DNA of 63,881 bases, counting the filler. It is 4 parts of 4 records of this genome, joined end to end, with 100 filler letters (N's around TTAATTAATTAA, not from the genome) between each part and the next. Parts side by side here need not be neighbours in the genome. Positions count along the whole stretch, not along the records: positions 1 to 14,143 come from DRR723986_9328; 3 more parts are not named here. One strand, given 5' to 3'. Made by a program: the position numbers and the translations under genes. Positions 1 through 10,126 of the stretch are shown piece after piece. The notes under the pieces are model-generated. The model was not told the DNA's origin. It saw only the letters and a list, made by a program, of their open reading frames with translations, and made no database searches. How positions within the stretch are numbered: position 1 is the first letter of the stretch; each line of letters opens with the position of its first letter.

Positions 1-9
1 CGCAGTGGT

Positions 10-29
10 AAATCCTACTCCCGCAACCA
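10..29 (+). repeat. Copy of tRNA-Met 3' end (AAATCCTACTCCCGCAACCA)
   Basis: The first 14 nt are identical to 14130-14143 and the copy ends in the acceptor-like GCAACCA. The preceding bases are not a T-arm, so this is a repeat copy rather than the tRNA gene. Confidence 0.65.
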
Positions 30-30
30 A

Positions 31-68
31 TACGATAAAAAGGGTCCCAACGGGGCCCTTTTTACGTA
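31..68. terminator. Bidirectional intrinsic terminator-like hairpin
   Basis: AAAAAGGGTCCC-AAC-GGGGCCCTTTTT stem with A/T tracts on both sides. Confidence 0.7.
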
Positions 69-103
69 TTTGACGCAAGCGTCTACTTCGTGAAGGGCTG
101 CGC

Positions 104-218
104 GAGTAGGACTTGAACTGTTAAAGGTTCATATGGAGCAAGCCCCAAATGAAATGGGGGCGCAGCGGAATGACGAGGAAGCCGCAAGGCAACGAGACTA
201 ATCCTACTCCCAAAACCA
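104..218. repeat. tRNA-linked repeat unit (inverted T-arm copy plus a further 3'-end copy)
   Basis: GAGTAGGACTTGAAC (104-118) is the reverse complement of T-arm-like GTTCAAGTCCTACTC; AATCCTACTCCCAAAACCA lies at 200-218. Confidence 0.6.
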
Positions 219-254
219 AAAAAGTCCTATCGCATTATTTGGTTGAGGCTTTCT

Positions 255-1040
255 CTAGCTGCGAACGGTTACTTCTATGCCGCCGTCAATGACAAGTTTG
301 GTGCCTGTTACATGTTTGGCTTCGTCAGAGGCTAAATATAATACACCGTATGCGATGTCATCAGGCTCACCGAGTTCAGCAAGGGGCACCTTGGATGCCC
401 ATTCTTTTTCCATCTCGTCGAAAGGTACATTGGCCATTTTTGAAAAATGATCCAGTAACGCTTTGAACATATCGGTTTTAATTTGACCGGGGTGTACAGA
501 ATTACAGCGAATACCATACCCAGCTTCTGCACAGTGTAGCGCAACAGACATCGTTAGTTGTCTTACAGCCGCTTTGCTTGCACCGTAGGCCGTTAAGAAG
601 GGTGTGCCTACGAGAGCCGCCAGCGATGACATATTGATGATGGAGCCGCCCCCAGCGCGACGCATCGCCGGAATAACGGCGCGACACCCAAGAAAAACAC
701 CTTCTGTATTAATCCGGTTTATGCGCTGCCAATCTGTGAGAGATGTATTTTCGGGCGATACTGTTTGTAGGTCATCAATTACGCCGGCGTTGTTAACAAG
801 AATGTCTATTTTCCCAAACTTTTCTTCAGCTCCGGCGATAACATCTTGCCAACATTTTTCGTCGGCTACATCCTGCTTCATAAAGTCACAGCCAATATCG
901 CGCGCTGTATCGGCGCCGGATGGCTGAATATCGGTCATCAAAACATCTGCGCCTTCTTTTGCCATCATGGCCGCAATGGAACGCCCAAGGCCCGTTGCGC
1001 CGCCTGTTACAATCGCTACTTTTCCTTGCACACGCCCCAT
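255..1040 (-). CDS. SDR family oxidoreductase (3beta-HSD/cyclic alcohol dehydrogenase-like)
   Basis: TGGATGLG, NNAG, YGASK and NSVHPG motifs. Confidence 0.92.
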   Translation of the reverse strand: MGRVQGKVAIVTGGATGLGRSIAAMMAKEGADVLMTDIQPSGADTARDIGCDFMKQDVADEKCWQDVIAGAEEKFGKIDILVNNAGVIDDLQTVSPENTSLTDWQRINRINTEGVFLGCRAVIPAMRRAGGGSIINMSSLAALVGTPFLTAYGASKAAVRQLTMSVALHCAEAGYGIRCNSVHPGQIKTDMFKALLDHFSKMANVPFDEMEKEWASKVPLAELGEPDDIAYGVLYLASDEAKHVTGTKLVIDGGIEVTVRS

Positions 1041-1043
1041 GAG

Positions 1044-1688
1044 TTACTCCGTTTTTTCTACATTGAGATTAAGACGTAATTCGACCAGCGCGCCCAAGTG
1101 GCCTTCTGGTGTGAACTTCTGCAATGTTATGATCTCTTGAAACGTCCCGCTAGCACCTTCAAATTCACCCGTGCCACTCTTAATAATACCGTAACCGGAC
1201 GGCAGTGGTCCGTATGTTGTTGCGTGTGTTTTGTTGCCTGTCCAGGTTTGTCCTGATTGAATGGCATCTGAGAATATCTTCACGTCTTCTTCAATCATGG
1301 TTTCCTGTTGGTACAAATATAGGCTGCCGCGCCCTTGCAACATAACGGTCCAAAGAGTGTTCCATATCAAAGGGGTGCCCTCTGGCACGTTTTTTGGAAA
1401 CTCTTCCAGTTCACTGGCGATGCCGATTACAGTACCAGATTTTTCACGGATGATACCTGTGAAGGCTAACATGTTAGCAATGGGTGTGCCCGCTAAAGTT
1501 GGAATACCCTCAGGGAAAGATGCAAGAGGGACTGTATTGCCATGTGTCATAGACAGCAGGTCTTTTGAGGTGCTGAGGAAGAATGAAAGCGTGTAGCTAT
1601 CAGGAGGGGTTTCTGCATCACCGGCATGTGCTTGAAGCGGCAAAGTGAAAATGAATAGAATGCTGACAATTAATTTCGGGCAAAACAC
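1044..1688 (-). CDS. Secreted hypothetical protein, dirigent/allene oxide cyclase-like beta-barrel
   Basis: Signal peptide ending AHA, IIKSGTGEFEGASGT motif, GGAG RBS before GTG, operonic with the TBDR and SDR. Confidence 0.7.
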   Translation of the reverse strand: MFCPKLIVSILFIFTLPLQAHAGDAETPPDSYTLSFFLSTSKDLLSMTHGNTVPLASFPEGIPTLAGTPIANMLAFTGIIREKSGTVIGIASELEEFPKNVPEGTPLIWNTLWTVMLQGRGSLYLYQQETMIEEDVKIFSDAIQSGQTWTGNKTHATTYGPLPSGYGIIKSGTGEFEGASGTFQEIITLQKFTPEGHLGALVELRLNLNVEKTE

Positions 1689-1746
1689 TATTTTTCTCCA
1701 AAAAGTGCCGGTGTTAATTTAAAAAGATACAGTTTTGGATTGATGT

Positions 1747-1781
1747 AAAATCGCCCCCTGTCTTGCGAGAGGAGGCGATGT
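1747..1781 (-). terminator. Hairpin after the TBDR gene (partial terminator or mRNA stabiliser)
   Basis: Minus strand reads ATCGCCTCCT-CTCGCAAGAC-AGGGGGCGAT-TTT. Confidence 0.55.
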
Positions 1782-1789
1782 TGGTGCGA

Positions 1790-4165
1790 TTAAAAGTCTT
1801 TTCTAATAGATAATCCCCACTCACGCGGTCTGCCATATAGAAGGTTAGCAGTACCGAAGCTGGTTAGCGTTTGATATCCATTTGTAACGTAAACTTCGTC
1901 CGTAAGGTTTGTAACGGATAAAGCCGCGGACCAACCGCCTTCTTCATGTTCATAAACTAAGCGCGCATTGAAAAGGTTGAAAGCGGGCGCTTCAATTAGG
2001 GCAGTGTTTTGCACATCGTTTTGTGTGCGCGCCTGATAGGACCAATCACCCCGAATATACATCGAAGAGTTATTCCCAACATCCCATGAGTACTGAATAC
2101 CCGCAGTTGCGGTCCATTTAGGTGTTTGCGGTGGTACGGCATCGATAGTGATCTCTTGCACGCCGGGATTTAGTTCAGTGAACTCAAAGTCTACATATCC
2201 CGCACTGGCATTAAGGTCCAGTCCAGGCGTTGGTCGTGCTTGCATTTCAAGCTCAAGCCCGCGGATTTTTGCTTTACCGGCGTTTTGGATTCTGAGCACC
2301 AAATTGCCAGTCGAATCAGCGCTGATGCTACCAAGCTGAATATCGGTATAGTTTCCTTGGAATGCCGCGATATTAAGCTGTAGCCGGTTTTCCAACCACT
2401 GCGTTTTCGTACCAATTTCATACGAAACGATTGTCTCGGGGTCAAACGAGTCCACAGCTGCGTTTGTTGTTGGTCGTCCATTGAAGCCACCACTTTTATA
2501 CCCTTTTGAAACCGATACATAAGTCATCACATCATCGGTCCAGCGATAGTCAAGGCTTCCCATCGGCGTAAATGATGTCCAGCTGTTTTCAACGGTTGTC
2601 TCAGGAATGATGAAAGCACCAGACACATCACGTGTGTGCTCTAATACATAGGTTTTTTCCTCATGAGAAAGGCGCGCTCCTGCGGTTAATCGCAGTTTGT
2701 CTGTGATGCTGTAAGTGCCTTGTGTGAAGGCTGCGTAACTCCGGATATCAATCTCGTTGAAAATATTAAATTCGAGATCAAGCCCGATATTGATAGGGTT
2801 GCCCGGTCCGCCCGGGGCGGTTGGTGCGTCGAGAGGTGAACCATTTAACGTGCCAGGTAAACTTTCAAGGCCGTTAAAAAGCCCTGACGCCAAGTTCACG
2901 TCATTTACATCCTTGCCGTATTCATCAAAGTAAAACAGGCCTAAAACCCATTCGAGTTTGTCGTCGAAACTGGTCCCGATCAGTTGCAGTTCCTGACTGA
3001 TCTGGTTCTGATCCTGTTCTTGCTCAGTTTCCGCATAGGTAATAGGGGATCCGTCAGTATCACTGCCAAAGACAGCATTCATCTCGCGGTAGGCGGTGAT
3101 TGATTTTAAACTTAAATTCTCGTTGATGTCCCAGTTTACGGTCATGGCTAAACCGTAAGCGTCAAGATTGTTAGTGTTTGGGCCTGTAGCGTAAGATGTG
3201 AATGGATCACCTGTTATGAAGGCGCTGCTCATGGTTTGACCGGCAGGCCCACCAACCAAAGCATTCCATAGTCCGGTGAGGCCGCCAAAAGTTGCTCCGT
3301 TATCATCAAAGAATGACAAGGCTACCAATGGTCCTTTTTCGCGTTCTCGTAAGTAATCTGCCACTAGGTCAACAGTTACAGTGTCGGATGCCAACCAACG
3401 CAGTGCTAGCCGGCTAGAAACCGCATTTTCATCACCAGCAGTATCAAGAACCTTATCTGTGCCAAACTCAAGTCTTTTGCCAAAACCATCGCGGTTTTTG
3501 GAAGAGGCAGATACTTTTGCAAACACTGTATCAGAAAGAGAAAAATCGAAACTTGCTCTGGCATCAAGGCGGTTGAAGGTTCCGATCGTAACATCGGCCC
3601 ACCCACCAGCCTCACCTGTGGGCTTTTTAGACGTCAGACTAACAGCGCCGCCTATAGTGTTTTTACCAAAAAGAGTGCCTTGAGGACCACGAAGTACTTC
3701 TACACGCTCCAAGTCTAGTAAGTCCATTGCACCCCCAAGGGTACGCGGGTGGAACACACCATCAATGTATATCCCCACACCAGGGTCCGTTGTGAACAAA
3801 AAGTCTGTTTGGCCGATACCCCGAATGTAAATTTGTATATTGTTGCCGCCACCACTGGAACTTGGGGATGTGTTCATGATTACATTTGGCGCAAACGCAG
3901 CAATGTCGACTAAGTTACGCAGACTGCGTTGTTCAAGCTGATTGTTGGACAAGGCGGTAATAGCCAGCGGCGTTTCTTGAAGGCTTTCTGTTCTTCTTCG
4001 CGCTGTGATAATAATCTCTTCTAACGAAGTCGCATTCTCTTGATCTGCATTTGATTGCGCGTAAGCAATATTAGATGTACCGCTTAGCAATGCCGCAAGC
4101 GCAATGGGTGCTAAAGTATATTTGTTGCACGTATGTTCGCGGGCCTTGGCCTTTTTGTAGATCAT
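1790..4165 (-). CDS. TonB-dependent receptor
   Basis: Signal peptide, TonB box LEEIIITARR, plug motif ERVEVLRGPQGTLFGKN, C-terminal Phe. Confidence 0.95.
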   Translation of the reverse strand: MIYKKAKAREHTCNKYTLAPIALAALLSGTSNIAYAQSNADQENATSLEEIIITARRRTESLQETPLAITALSNNQLEQRSLRNLVDIAAFAPNVIMNTSPSSSGGGNNIQIYIRGIGQTDFLFTTDPGVGIYIDGVFHPRTLGGAMDLLDLERVEVLRGPQGTLFGKNTIGGAVSLTSKKPTGEAGGWADVTIGTFNRLDARASFDFSLSDTVFAKVSASSKNRDGFGKRLEFGTDKVLDTAGDENAVSSRLALRWLASDTVTVDLVADYLREREKGPLVALSFFDDNGATFGGLTGLWNALVGGPAGQTMSSAFITGDPFTSYATGPNTNNLDAYGLAMTVNWDINENLSLKSITAYREMNAVFGSDTDGSPITYAETEQEQDQNQISQELQLIGTSFDDKLEWVLGLFYFDEYGKDVNDVNLASGLFNGLESLPGTLNGSPLDAPTAPGGPGNPINIGLDLEFNIFNEIDIRSYAAFTQGTYSITDKLRLTAGARLSHEEKTYVLEHTRDVSGAFIIPETTVENSWTSFTPMGSLDYRWTDDVMTYVSVSKGYKSGGFNGRPTTNAAVDSFDPETIVSYEIGTKTQWLENRLQLNIAAFQGNYTDIQLGSISADSTGNLVLRIQNAGKAKIRGLELEMQARPTPGLDLNASAGYVDFEFTELNPGVQEITIDAVPPQTPKWTATAGIQYSWDVGNNSSMYIRGDWSYQARTQNDVQNTALIEAPAFNLFNARLVYEHEEGGWSAALSVTNLTDEVYVTNGYQTLTSFGTANLLYGRPREWGLSIRKDF

Positions 4166-4275
4166 CTGGTCTCCCCTTTACCATAAGCATCATTATCCGA
4201 GTACGATCATTTGTACTGAAAGCATTGATCTTTCCTATGTTATGACCATTAAGGCACAGGGATTTGGGTCCGCCT

Positions 4276-4447
4276 ATAACGAAAAATACTCAATTTTTCA
4301 AAAGCAAACAGCCCGCGGTATTTGGATGTTGCTGCGGGCCCAAACTGATGATTTTCTAATTTGAAGCGATGGTCAAATATAACGACACATAGTTTTATTA
4401 AGCGCGCCCGCGGAAAACCCACAGTGGTTTGTAGGTAAAAATACTCA
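4276..4447. promoter_or_regulatory. Repeated 17-bp putative regulator boxes in the divergent TBDR/LuxR promoter
   Basis: ATAACGAAAAATACTCA (4276), CCCGCGGAAAACCCACA (4407), GTAGGTAAAAATACTCA (4431); similar boxes at 9927-10026. Confidence 0.45.
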
Positions 4448-4599
4448 TTTTTCCACTCCCTTGCACATGGTAGAAAAAATAGACATAGAATGGTATGTTT
4501 GTAATTGGGAGGCATATGGCCGTATGGTTAAATGCAATACAAACAAGACTAGATGTTAATGCTAAGAACTTCATTTCGGCTTCTGGGAGGGAAAAGGCA

Positions 4600-5730
4600 A
4601 TGCACGACTTGCGAGCTTCCGATTTGAACCAAGTGCTTGAAGTGGGGCGCTTGTCCAATGAATGTAATTCGGCAGCAGATCTTCAGAATGAAGCTGTTAC
4701 GAAAATGCAGCACTCATTACATGCAGATAGCAGCGTCATGATAAATATTTGCCGTGAAGGCAAGTCCCTCAGGTGTGAGGCAAATAAGGCATTTGATCAT
4801 CCTGAAAGTGAGATGGAACGCTGGTGTAGTCAGTATCAACTACAGGACCCATTTGTGAGTTGTTATATAAATGAGTTTAGGGCGCGTCCTAGCAATGTGA
4901 TTGTATCTAATCAGGTGATTGGAGACCGGGAGTACCAAACCAGCAAATTCTATAATGATTTCTTACGACCAATGTCTATATACCACGTAATGGTGGTTGG
5001 GCTGCGCGCCGGGAATTTCCCCTTTGGGCTTATCGGATTTCATCGACCGAAAAGTGCCCGTGCTTTTTCAGACAGAGAAGTTGCGTTAGCGGAATTGATG
5101 TCGCCCTACATTGTTGCAGCGAACCAGAAAGTATGCGCGCGCGACAAGGTTGCAGAGCGTGAACAGCTAATTGAAACGCTTGCTTCGGATAAACTTTATG
5201 ACAGTGTTATTTTACTGGACGATAACCTGTCTCCAACCTTTATAAGTAAGGGTGCCGCAGCACTTTTAAAAAATTCTGCAGGCCGTTACGTTTTCCCTAC
5301 TCAGGAACAGGCTGTTATGCCGCCGTCACTGATAGAGCGATGTAAAAGGCTCGCTAGAGCGATTGTTGCTAATGCTACTACTGATGGTTTGCAAAATTTT
5401 GATCTGCAAATTAGTGCAAACATTGCACCAATCAGTGTTTCCGTGCGACCGATTGATTATGGCACTCAAGGACTGCGCTTTATGGTGTGCCTTAAAACAA
5501 AAAATGCAGAGCCAGCGCTTTCAAATGACAGCATAAAGCGTTTTGGTTTAACATCTCGGCAGGCCGATATTGCTCAATTGGTAGGGGTCGGTATGACTAA
5601 CGCGGACATTGCAGGAAAGCTATGCATTAGCACCAGAACTGTTGAGAACCATCTGCGAACAGTATATGAAAAAGCGGGCGTTAATAACCGTACCAGCTTA
5701 GTATACCGTATGGCTCAAGGCGTGCATTAG
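4600..5730 (+). CDS. LuxR-family regulator with N-terminal GAF-like sensor domain
   Basis: C-terminal HTH LTSRQADIA...GMTNADIA..LCISTRTVENHL; GAF-like segment FHRPKSARAFSDRE; GGGAGG RBS before ATG 4600 (ORF is open from 4495). Confidence 0.88.
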   Translation: MHDLRASDLNQVLEVGRLSNECNSAADLQNEAVTKMQHSLHADSSVMINICREGKSLRCEANKAFDHPESEMERWCSQYQLQDPFVSCYINEFRARPSNVIVSNQVIGDREYQTSKFYNDFLRPMSIYHVMVVGLRAGNFPFGLIGFHRPKSARAFSDREVALAELMSPYIVAANQKVCARDKVAEREQLIETLASDKLYDSVILLDDNLSPTFISKGAAALLKNSAGRYVFPTQEQAVMPPSLIERCKRLARAIVANATTDGLQNFDLQISANIAPISVSVRPIDYGTQGLRFMVCLKTKNAEPALSNDSIKRFGLTSRQADIAQLVGVGMTNADIAGKLCISTRTVENHLRTVYEKAGVNNRTSLVYRMAQGVH

Positions 5731-5755
5731 AGACAGCACTTATTGGCTCATTTTA

Positions 5756-6832
5756 TTAATGTAGTTTAGCTTTCAGCGTCTTTACTACCAAGTCTAACCC
5801 TTGGCGCCCAGCATCGATTCCCCCTGCGAATGACATGAAACCGTGAATGGTTGTTTCAAAACATTTGTATTCAACTGGCACACCAGCCTCTTGTAATCGG
5901 TCAGCATAATGCTTGCCCTCATCTCGAAGGATATCATACCCCGCCGTAATAATAAGCGCAGGCGGTAAGCCAGATAAGTCTTTTGCCAAGATAGGCGATG
6001 CTAGAACTGACTTCGAATCTTCACTGTCTTCAAAATACATCCCTCTGAGCCATGTTAAACTGTCCCTGGATAGAAAGTAATCACCATTACCGTATGTGTC
6101 GTGCGACGCATAATTGCTGTCGGGCCTTAAGGTAACAGAGGGATATACCAGCAGCTGATATGCGATGGACGGGCCGCCGCGGTCTCTGGCCATTTGTGCA
6201 ACAACAGCACTAATATTGCCGCCAGCACTGTCGCCCGTAATGGCAATGCGGTTTTTGTCGCCGCCTATAGCGCCGACATTCTCTGATGCCCAGGTTAAGG
6301 CGGCATAAGCATCTTCAACCCCTGCCGGGAAAGGGTTTTCAGGGGATAATCGGTAATGTACATTAATCACGATGACGTTGCCGTTTTTGGCATAATAACG
6401 TGATACATTCTCGTGGGTATCCATGTCGCCAAGAGCAAAGCCTCCACCGTGATACAAAACTAGAATAGGGAGTGTTTCATTGCCGCTCAGTGCCACGGGC
6501 CAGTATATTCTTACAGGAATGTCACCGTTAGGCCCTGGTATCGTGCGCTCAACACGTTTGTGGACATCTGTTTTTTCAATATCCAATTTGAAGGTCATTT
6601 CTCTTAAGGCGCTACGAGCCTCAGCAACAGATAGTTCGTGAAGTTGCGGGCCGCCTTTTCCTTGGTCAAGTATGGCTTGTGTTTGCGGATCGACAGTCAT
6701 GGTTTGGTCTTTCGAGCTAATTGCAGTTAAAACAGCATTGTCTTCGGCTCCCGCCCACACCGTGACAGGTGCTAAGCTAAGCGTTGATAGTATCAGCATA
6801 ATTTGGATTACGCTGTGTTTTTTCATGGACAC
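5756..6832 (-). CDS. Alpha/beta hydrolase, HSL-family esterase with signal peptide
   Basis: HGGGF, GDSAGG, D-x-L-R-D-E-G and HGF motifs. Confidence 0.92.
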   Translation of the reverse strand: MSMKKHSVIQIMLILSTLSLAPVTVWAGAEDNAVLTAISSKDQTMTVDPQTQAILDQGKGGPQLHELSVAEARSALREMTFKLDIEKTDVHKRVERTIPGPNGDIPVRIYWPVALSGNETLPILVLYHGGGFALGDMDTHENVSRYYAKNGNVIVINVHYRLSPENPFPAGVEDAYAALTWASENVGAIGGDKNRIAITGDSAGGNISAVVAQMARDRGGPSIAYQLLVYPSVTLRPDSNYASHDTYGNGDYFLSRDSLTWLRGMYFEDSEDSKSVLASPILAKDLSGLPPALIITAGYDILRDEGKHYADRLQEAGVPVEYKCFETTIHGFMSFAGGIDAGRQGLDLVVKTLKAKLH

Positions 6833-6833
6833 A

Positions 6834-7379
6834 CTATCCCAATGTCCTGATCGGGTTGCTGCCGTCCCAATTGATGGATGGTTCTTTAACAGCTGAAAAC
6901 AATTCTTCCACTGCAGGGTTCACTTCAATCAATTCTATCATGCCGCCTAGCTTTGAAAGGGTATCAACGTAAGCCGCCCGGCCATCCACTGGTGCCACTC
7001 TGCCGTAGAGAGCCTCTGCATTTCCCGCAGCGACGTGGTCAGCAAGGTCTTTGTCAAATTGGGCGGTGGACACGCCCCAATGATGAAAACCATAGCCGCG
7101 TGCTTCTAACACATCGGTATACACCGAAGGTGCGCCGCTGTGTTGAACGATGAGCTCAAAGCACATGGAACCGGAAAAAGCCATGGCGAGCGTAATATCT
7201 AATTCGCTGGGTTTCCCTCTATACCTGTAGTCTTCCAGTGCAAAATGTTCAAAGACGAAAAAAGGCCCAATGTTTAGGGTGGTGGTCCAATGATTCATGG
7301 ATTTTTCAAGGTCTTCTACAATATGAGCAACTTGCATGACCCCGCCGAGAGGCTGTCCGAATGATAGTGTTTTTGTCAT
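6834..7379 (-). CDS. VOC (glyoxalase/methylmalonyl-CoA epimerase-like) protein
   Basis: QVAHIVEDLE, FELI, GFHHWG and IELIE metal-ligand pattern. Confidence 0.85.
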   Translation of the reverse strand: MTKTLSFGQPLGGVMQVAHIVEDLEKSMNHWTTTLNIGPFFVFEHFALEDYRYRGKPSELDITLAMAFSGSMCFELIVQHSGAPSVYTDVLEARGYGFHHWGVSTAQFDKDLADHVAAGNAEALYGRVAPVDGRAAYVDTLSKLGGMIELIEVNPAVEELFSAVKEPSINWDGSNPIRTLG

Positions 7380-7407
7380 GTTTTACATCCCTTGGGCTCG
7401 TAGCCAT

Positions 7408-9054
7408 CTATTTGAAGGAAAAGTCTTTATAGGTTTCTCGTATGGCTGTTTTTTTGATTTTGCCTGTTGCCGTTAGCGGCAACGTGTCAACAATATGGAT
7501 CTCGTCAGGTAACCACCATTTAGCGACTTTCTTTTGTAAAAAGGCCAACACTTCACCCGGTTCAATAGTTTCCCCGGCAACAGGGACAACCAGCATTAGG
7601 GGGCGTTCTTCCCATTTCGGGTGATACACACCAATTACAGCGGCCTGTGAAACTTTTGCGTGACCAACGGCAGCATTCTCAAGATCAATGGAACTGATCC
7701 ACTCACCGCCGGATTTAATAACATCTTTGGTTCTGTCGGTGATTTTCATATATCCGTATGGGTCGAGCGTTGCGACATCACCGGTTGGAAACCAGCCCTG
7801 ATCATCCAGGTGGGTTTCGTTCTCTCGTTTATAGTAGCCTTTGGCGGCCCAGCCACCTCTCACCCATAAGTCGCCAGATGTTTCACCGTCTTGTGGAATG
7901 GGGTTTCCTGATGGGTCGACAATTTTTAATTCCAACCCGAACATAACACGCCCCTGCTTCGAGAGGACGTCGGCACGCTCGCTTTTGGAGAGAGTGTCAA
8001 CTACTGGCGTAGCAGAAGCAAGCGTGCCTAAGGGGCTGATTTCAGTCATCCCCCATAACTGAAGAACTTCGACGCCGTATGTATCTCGGAAGCGATCTAT
8101 CATAGCCATCGGAACGGCTGATCCGCCAATTGTTGTTCTGTTAAGACTGGGGATGGAAGCATTTGTTTTATCCAGATGCTCGAGCAGCATGGTCCAGACA
8201 GTTGGCACAGCACAGGCAAAGGATACATGCTCTTCATTAATGAGCGAAAGAAGGCTGACAGGGTCCATTTTAGTGCCAGGCAACACCAGTTTTGCGCCAA
8301 CCATCGGCGCAATATAGGGCATGGCCCAAGCATTGGCATGATACATGGGGGCAATGGGCAAGATACAATCTTTTGGTCCCAATGCCATGGCGCCTACTTG
8401 CGCGGCACCAAGGGCGTGAAGAACAGTTGACCGATGACTGTAAAGTACGCCTTTAGGGTCGCCAGTTGTACCCGAAGTATAACAGAGGGATGACGCTAGG
8501 TTTTCATCAAACACAGGCCATGGGTAGTCTGTAGGGTTGTCGCCCAGCAAGTCTTCATAGCAGAGAGCGTTTGAAAGGCCTGTCTCTGGCATATCAGCTT
8601 TATCACACAAGACAATATAACGCTGAATTGTCGGTAAACGGCTTGCCAATTTTTCTACCAACGGCAGATAGTCAGGGTCTAGAAACAGTAGCGTATCTTC
8701 AGCATGATTAATTATGTAAACAATCTGGTCTTCAAATAAGCGCGGATTAACCGTATGCAGCACTGCGCCGATACCGGAAACACCGTAAAATAATTCGAAA
8801 TGACGGTGCGTATTGCCGGCTAAAGTGGCAATGCGGTCGCTGGTTTTTGTCCCTAAACTATTCAGACCATGCGCCAATTTTCCAACCCGCTTGTGAGCAT
8901 CCGCGTATGTGTAGCGGTGCAGCGTTTCTTGCCCGGACTGGGAGACAATTTCACGTGTCCCATGGTAGCTTGCAGCATACTGTATTAACGAGCTTATTAG
9001 CAGGGGAACATCCTGCATCAGGCCGAATAGGGGGGTGTTGGATGACGTGTTCAA
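7408..9054 (-). CDS. Fatty-acid/acyl-CoA ligase (AlkK/DmdB-like)
   Basis: [19 protein letters not shown] and [16 protein letters not shown] motifs; TTG start at 9054 with GGAG RBS (ORF is open to 9111). Confidence 0.92.
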   Translation of the reverse strand: MNTSSNTPLFGLMQDVPLLISSLIQYAASYHGTREIVSQSGQETLHRYTYADAHKRVGKLAHGLNSLGTKTSDRIATLAGNTHRHFELFYGVSGIGAVLHTVNPRLFEDQIVYIINHAEDTLLFLDPDYLPLVEKLASRLPTIQRYIVLCDKADMPETGLSNALCYEDLLGDNPTDYPWPVFDENLASSLCYTSGTTGDPKGVLYSHRSTVLHALGAAQVGAMALGPKDCILPIAPMYHANAWAMPYIAPMVGAKLVLPGTKMDPVSLLSLINEEHVSFACAVPTVWTMLLEHLDKTNASIPSLNRTTIGGSAVPMAMIDRFRDTYGVEVLQLWGMTEISPLGTLASATPVVDTLSKSERADVLSKQGRVMFGLELKIVDPSGNPIPQDGETSGDLWVRGGWAAKGYYKRENETHLDDQGWFPTGDVATLDPYGYMKITDRTKDVIKSGGEWISSIDLENAAVGHAKVSQAAVIGVYHPKWEERPLMLVVPVAGETIEPGEVLAFLQKKVAKWWLPDEIHIVDTLPLTATGKIKKTAIRETYKDFSFK

Positions 9055-9067
9055 ATGTGTGCTCCAA

Positions 9068-9865
9068 CTATCCCGAATGCCGGGAAGGCATGCCTGCAAG
9101 CTGTCCGCCATCTACAAGAACCTGAGACCCTGTCATCATGCCGGAGCTGTTTGAGGCGAGGAATAATATCACATTCGCAATATCGTCGGGAGTTGCGACC
9201 CGGCCGATGGGAACCTCTTGTGCCATGCCAGCCAGCATGGTCGCACGGTCCGGAAACATTTCTGCAATCGGGTCTAACATTTCGCTATCAACATAGGTGG
9301 GGTGCACCGAGTTACAGCGTACACCCGGCGCATGTTTGGCGCAGTGCAGGGCAACTGATTTAGTCAGCATCGTCACGCCGCCCTTGCTGGCGCAGTAACC
9401 AGCGATGTCCTCGCCGCCAACCAAGCCGCCAATGGACGATATGTTGATGATTGAACCACCGCCGCGGGTTTCACGCATAGCTGCAATCGTATGTTTGCAC
9501 CCAAGAAAAACGCCTGTTAGGTTGACTGAAAGCATCCAGTTCCAGTCTTCCAAAGTTAGTTCTTCAAAGTTGCCTGAAGTGCCTACACCTGCACAGTTAA
9601 CGAGAATATCAACGGCCTCAAATTGTTTGACTGTGATGTCTAGGGCGCTCTTCCAGCTTGCTTCTTGGCTCACATCTAGCTTGACTGAAAGGGTATTTGG
9701 CCCCAGTCCTTCTGCAAGGGTTTTTGCCATGTCAAAATTGATATCTGCGATGATAACTTTTGCCCCCTGATTAACCAGCTTACTCACAGTTGCCTTGCCT
9801 ATGCCTGATGCGCCGCCGGTAACAAGGGCCACTTTGCCATCCAGTTGTAAAATATCGTCTTTCAA
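9068..9865 (-). CDS. SDR family oxidoreductase
   Basis: TGGASGIG, NCAG, YCASK and NSVHP motifs; probable TTG start at 9865. Confidence 0.92.
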   Translation of the reverse strand: MKDDILQLDGKVALVTGGASGIGKATVSKLVNQGAKVIIADINFDMAKTLAEGLGPNTLSVKLDVSQEASWKSALDITVKQFEAVDILVNCAGVGTSGNFEELTLEDWNWMLSVNLTGVFLGCKHTIAAMRETRGGGSIINISSIGGLVGGEDIAGYCASKGGVTMLTKSVALHCAKHAPGVRCNSVHPTYVDSEMLDPIAEMFPDRATMLAGMAQEVPIGRVATPDDIANVILFLASNSSGMMTGSQVLVDGGQLAGMPSRHSG

Positions 9866-9926
9866 ATTATTCGCCCCTAGCAAAATTTTTGCATAGATAG
9901 AAGGCATTGAAGAGGTATTTCGGGCA

Positions 9927-10026
9927 ATAGCGGAAAACACTCAAATCATTATAATCTTTTTGTCATCCACGGCTTCTATGAACATCTGAAAAAAGATAAA
10001 ACCGCTCATATAAGGGTTTTACGTCA
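9927..10026. promoter_or_regulatory. Putative regulator boxes in the second divergent promoter
   Basis: ATAGCGGAAAACACTCA (9927), AAAGATAAAACCGCTCA (9992) and ATAAGGGTTTTACGTCA (10010) resemble the boxes at 4276-4447. Confidence 0.4.
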
Positions 10027-10126
10027 TGGCAACCCGACCAAGCAGGATTATCGTTTAATTAGCAGCCCTTTTCATAAGGAAAGGGGGCCAATTGGCTTGA
10101 TTTTGAATTTGGAAAAGGAAACGACC

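Noticed and set aside
7408-9054. Assignment as dmdB (DMSP catabolism)
   Set aside because: Family-level similarity only; no dmdA, dmdC or dmdD in context
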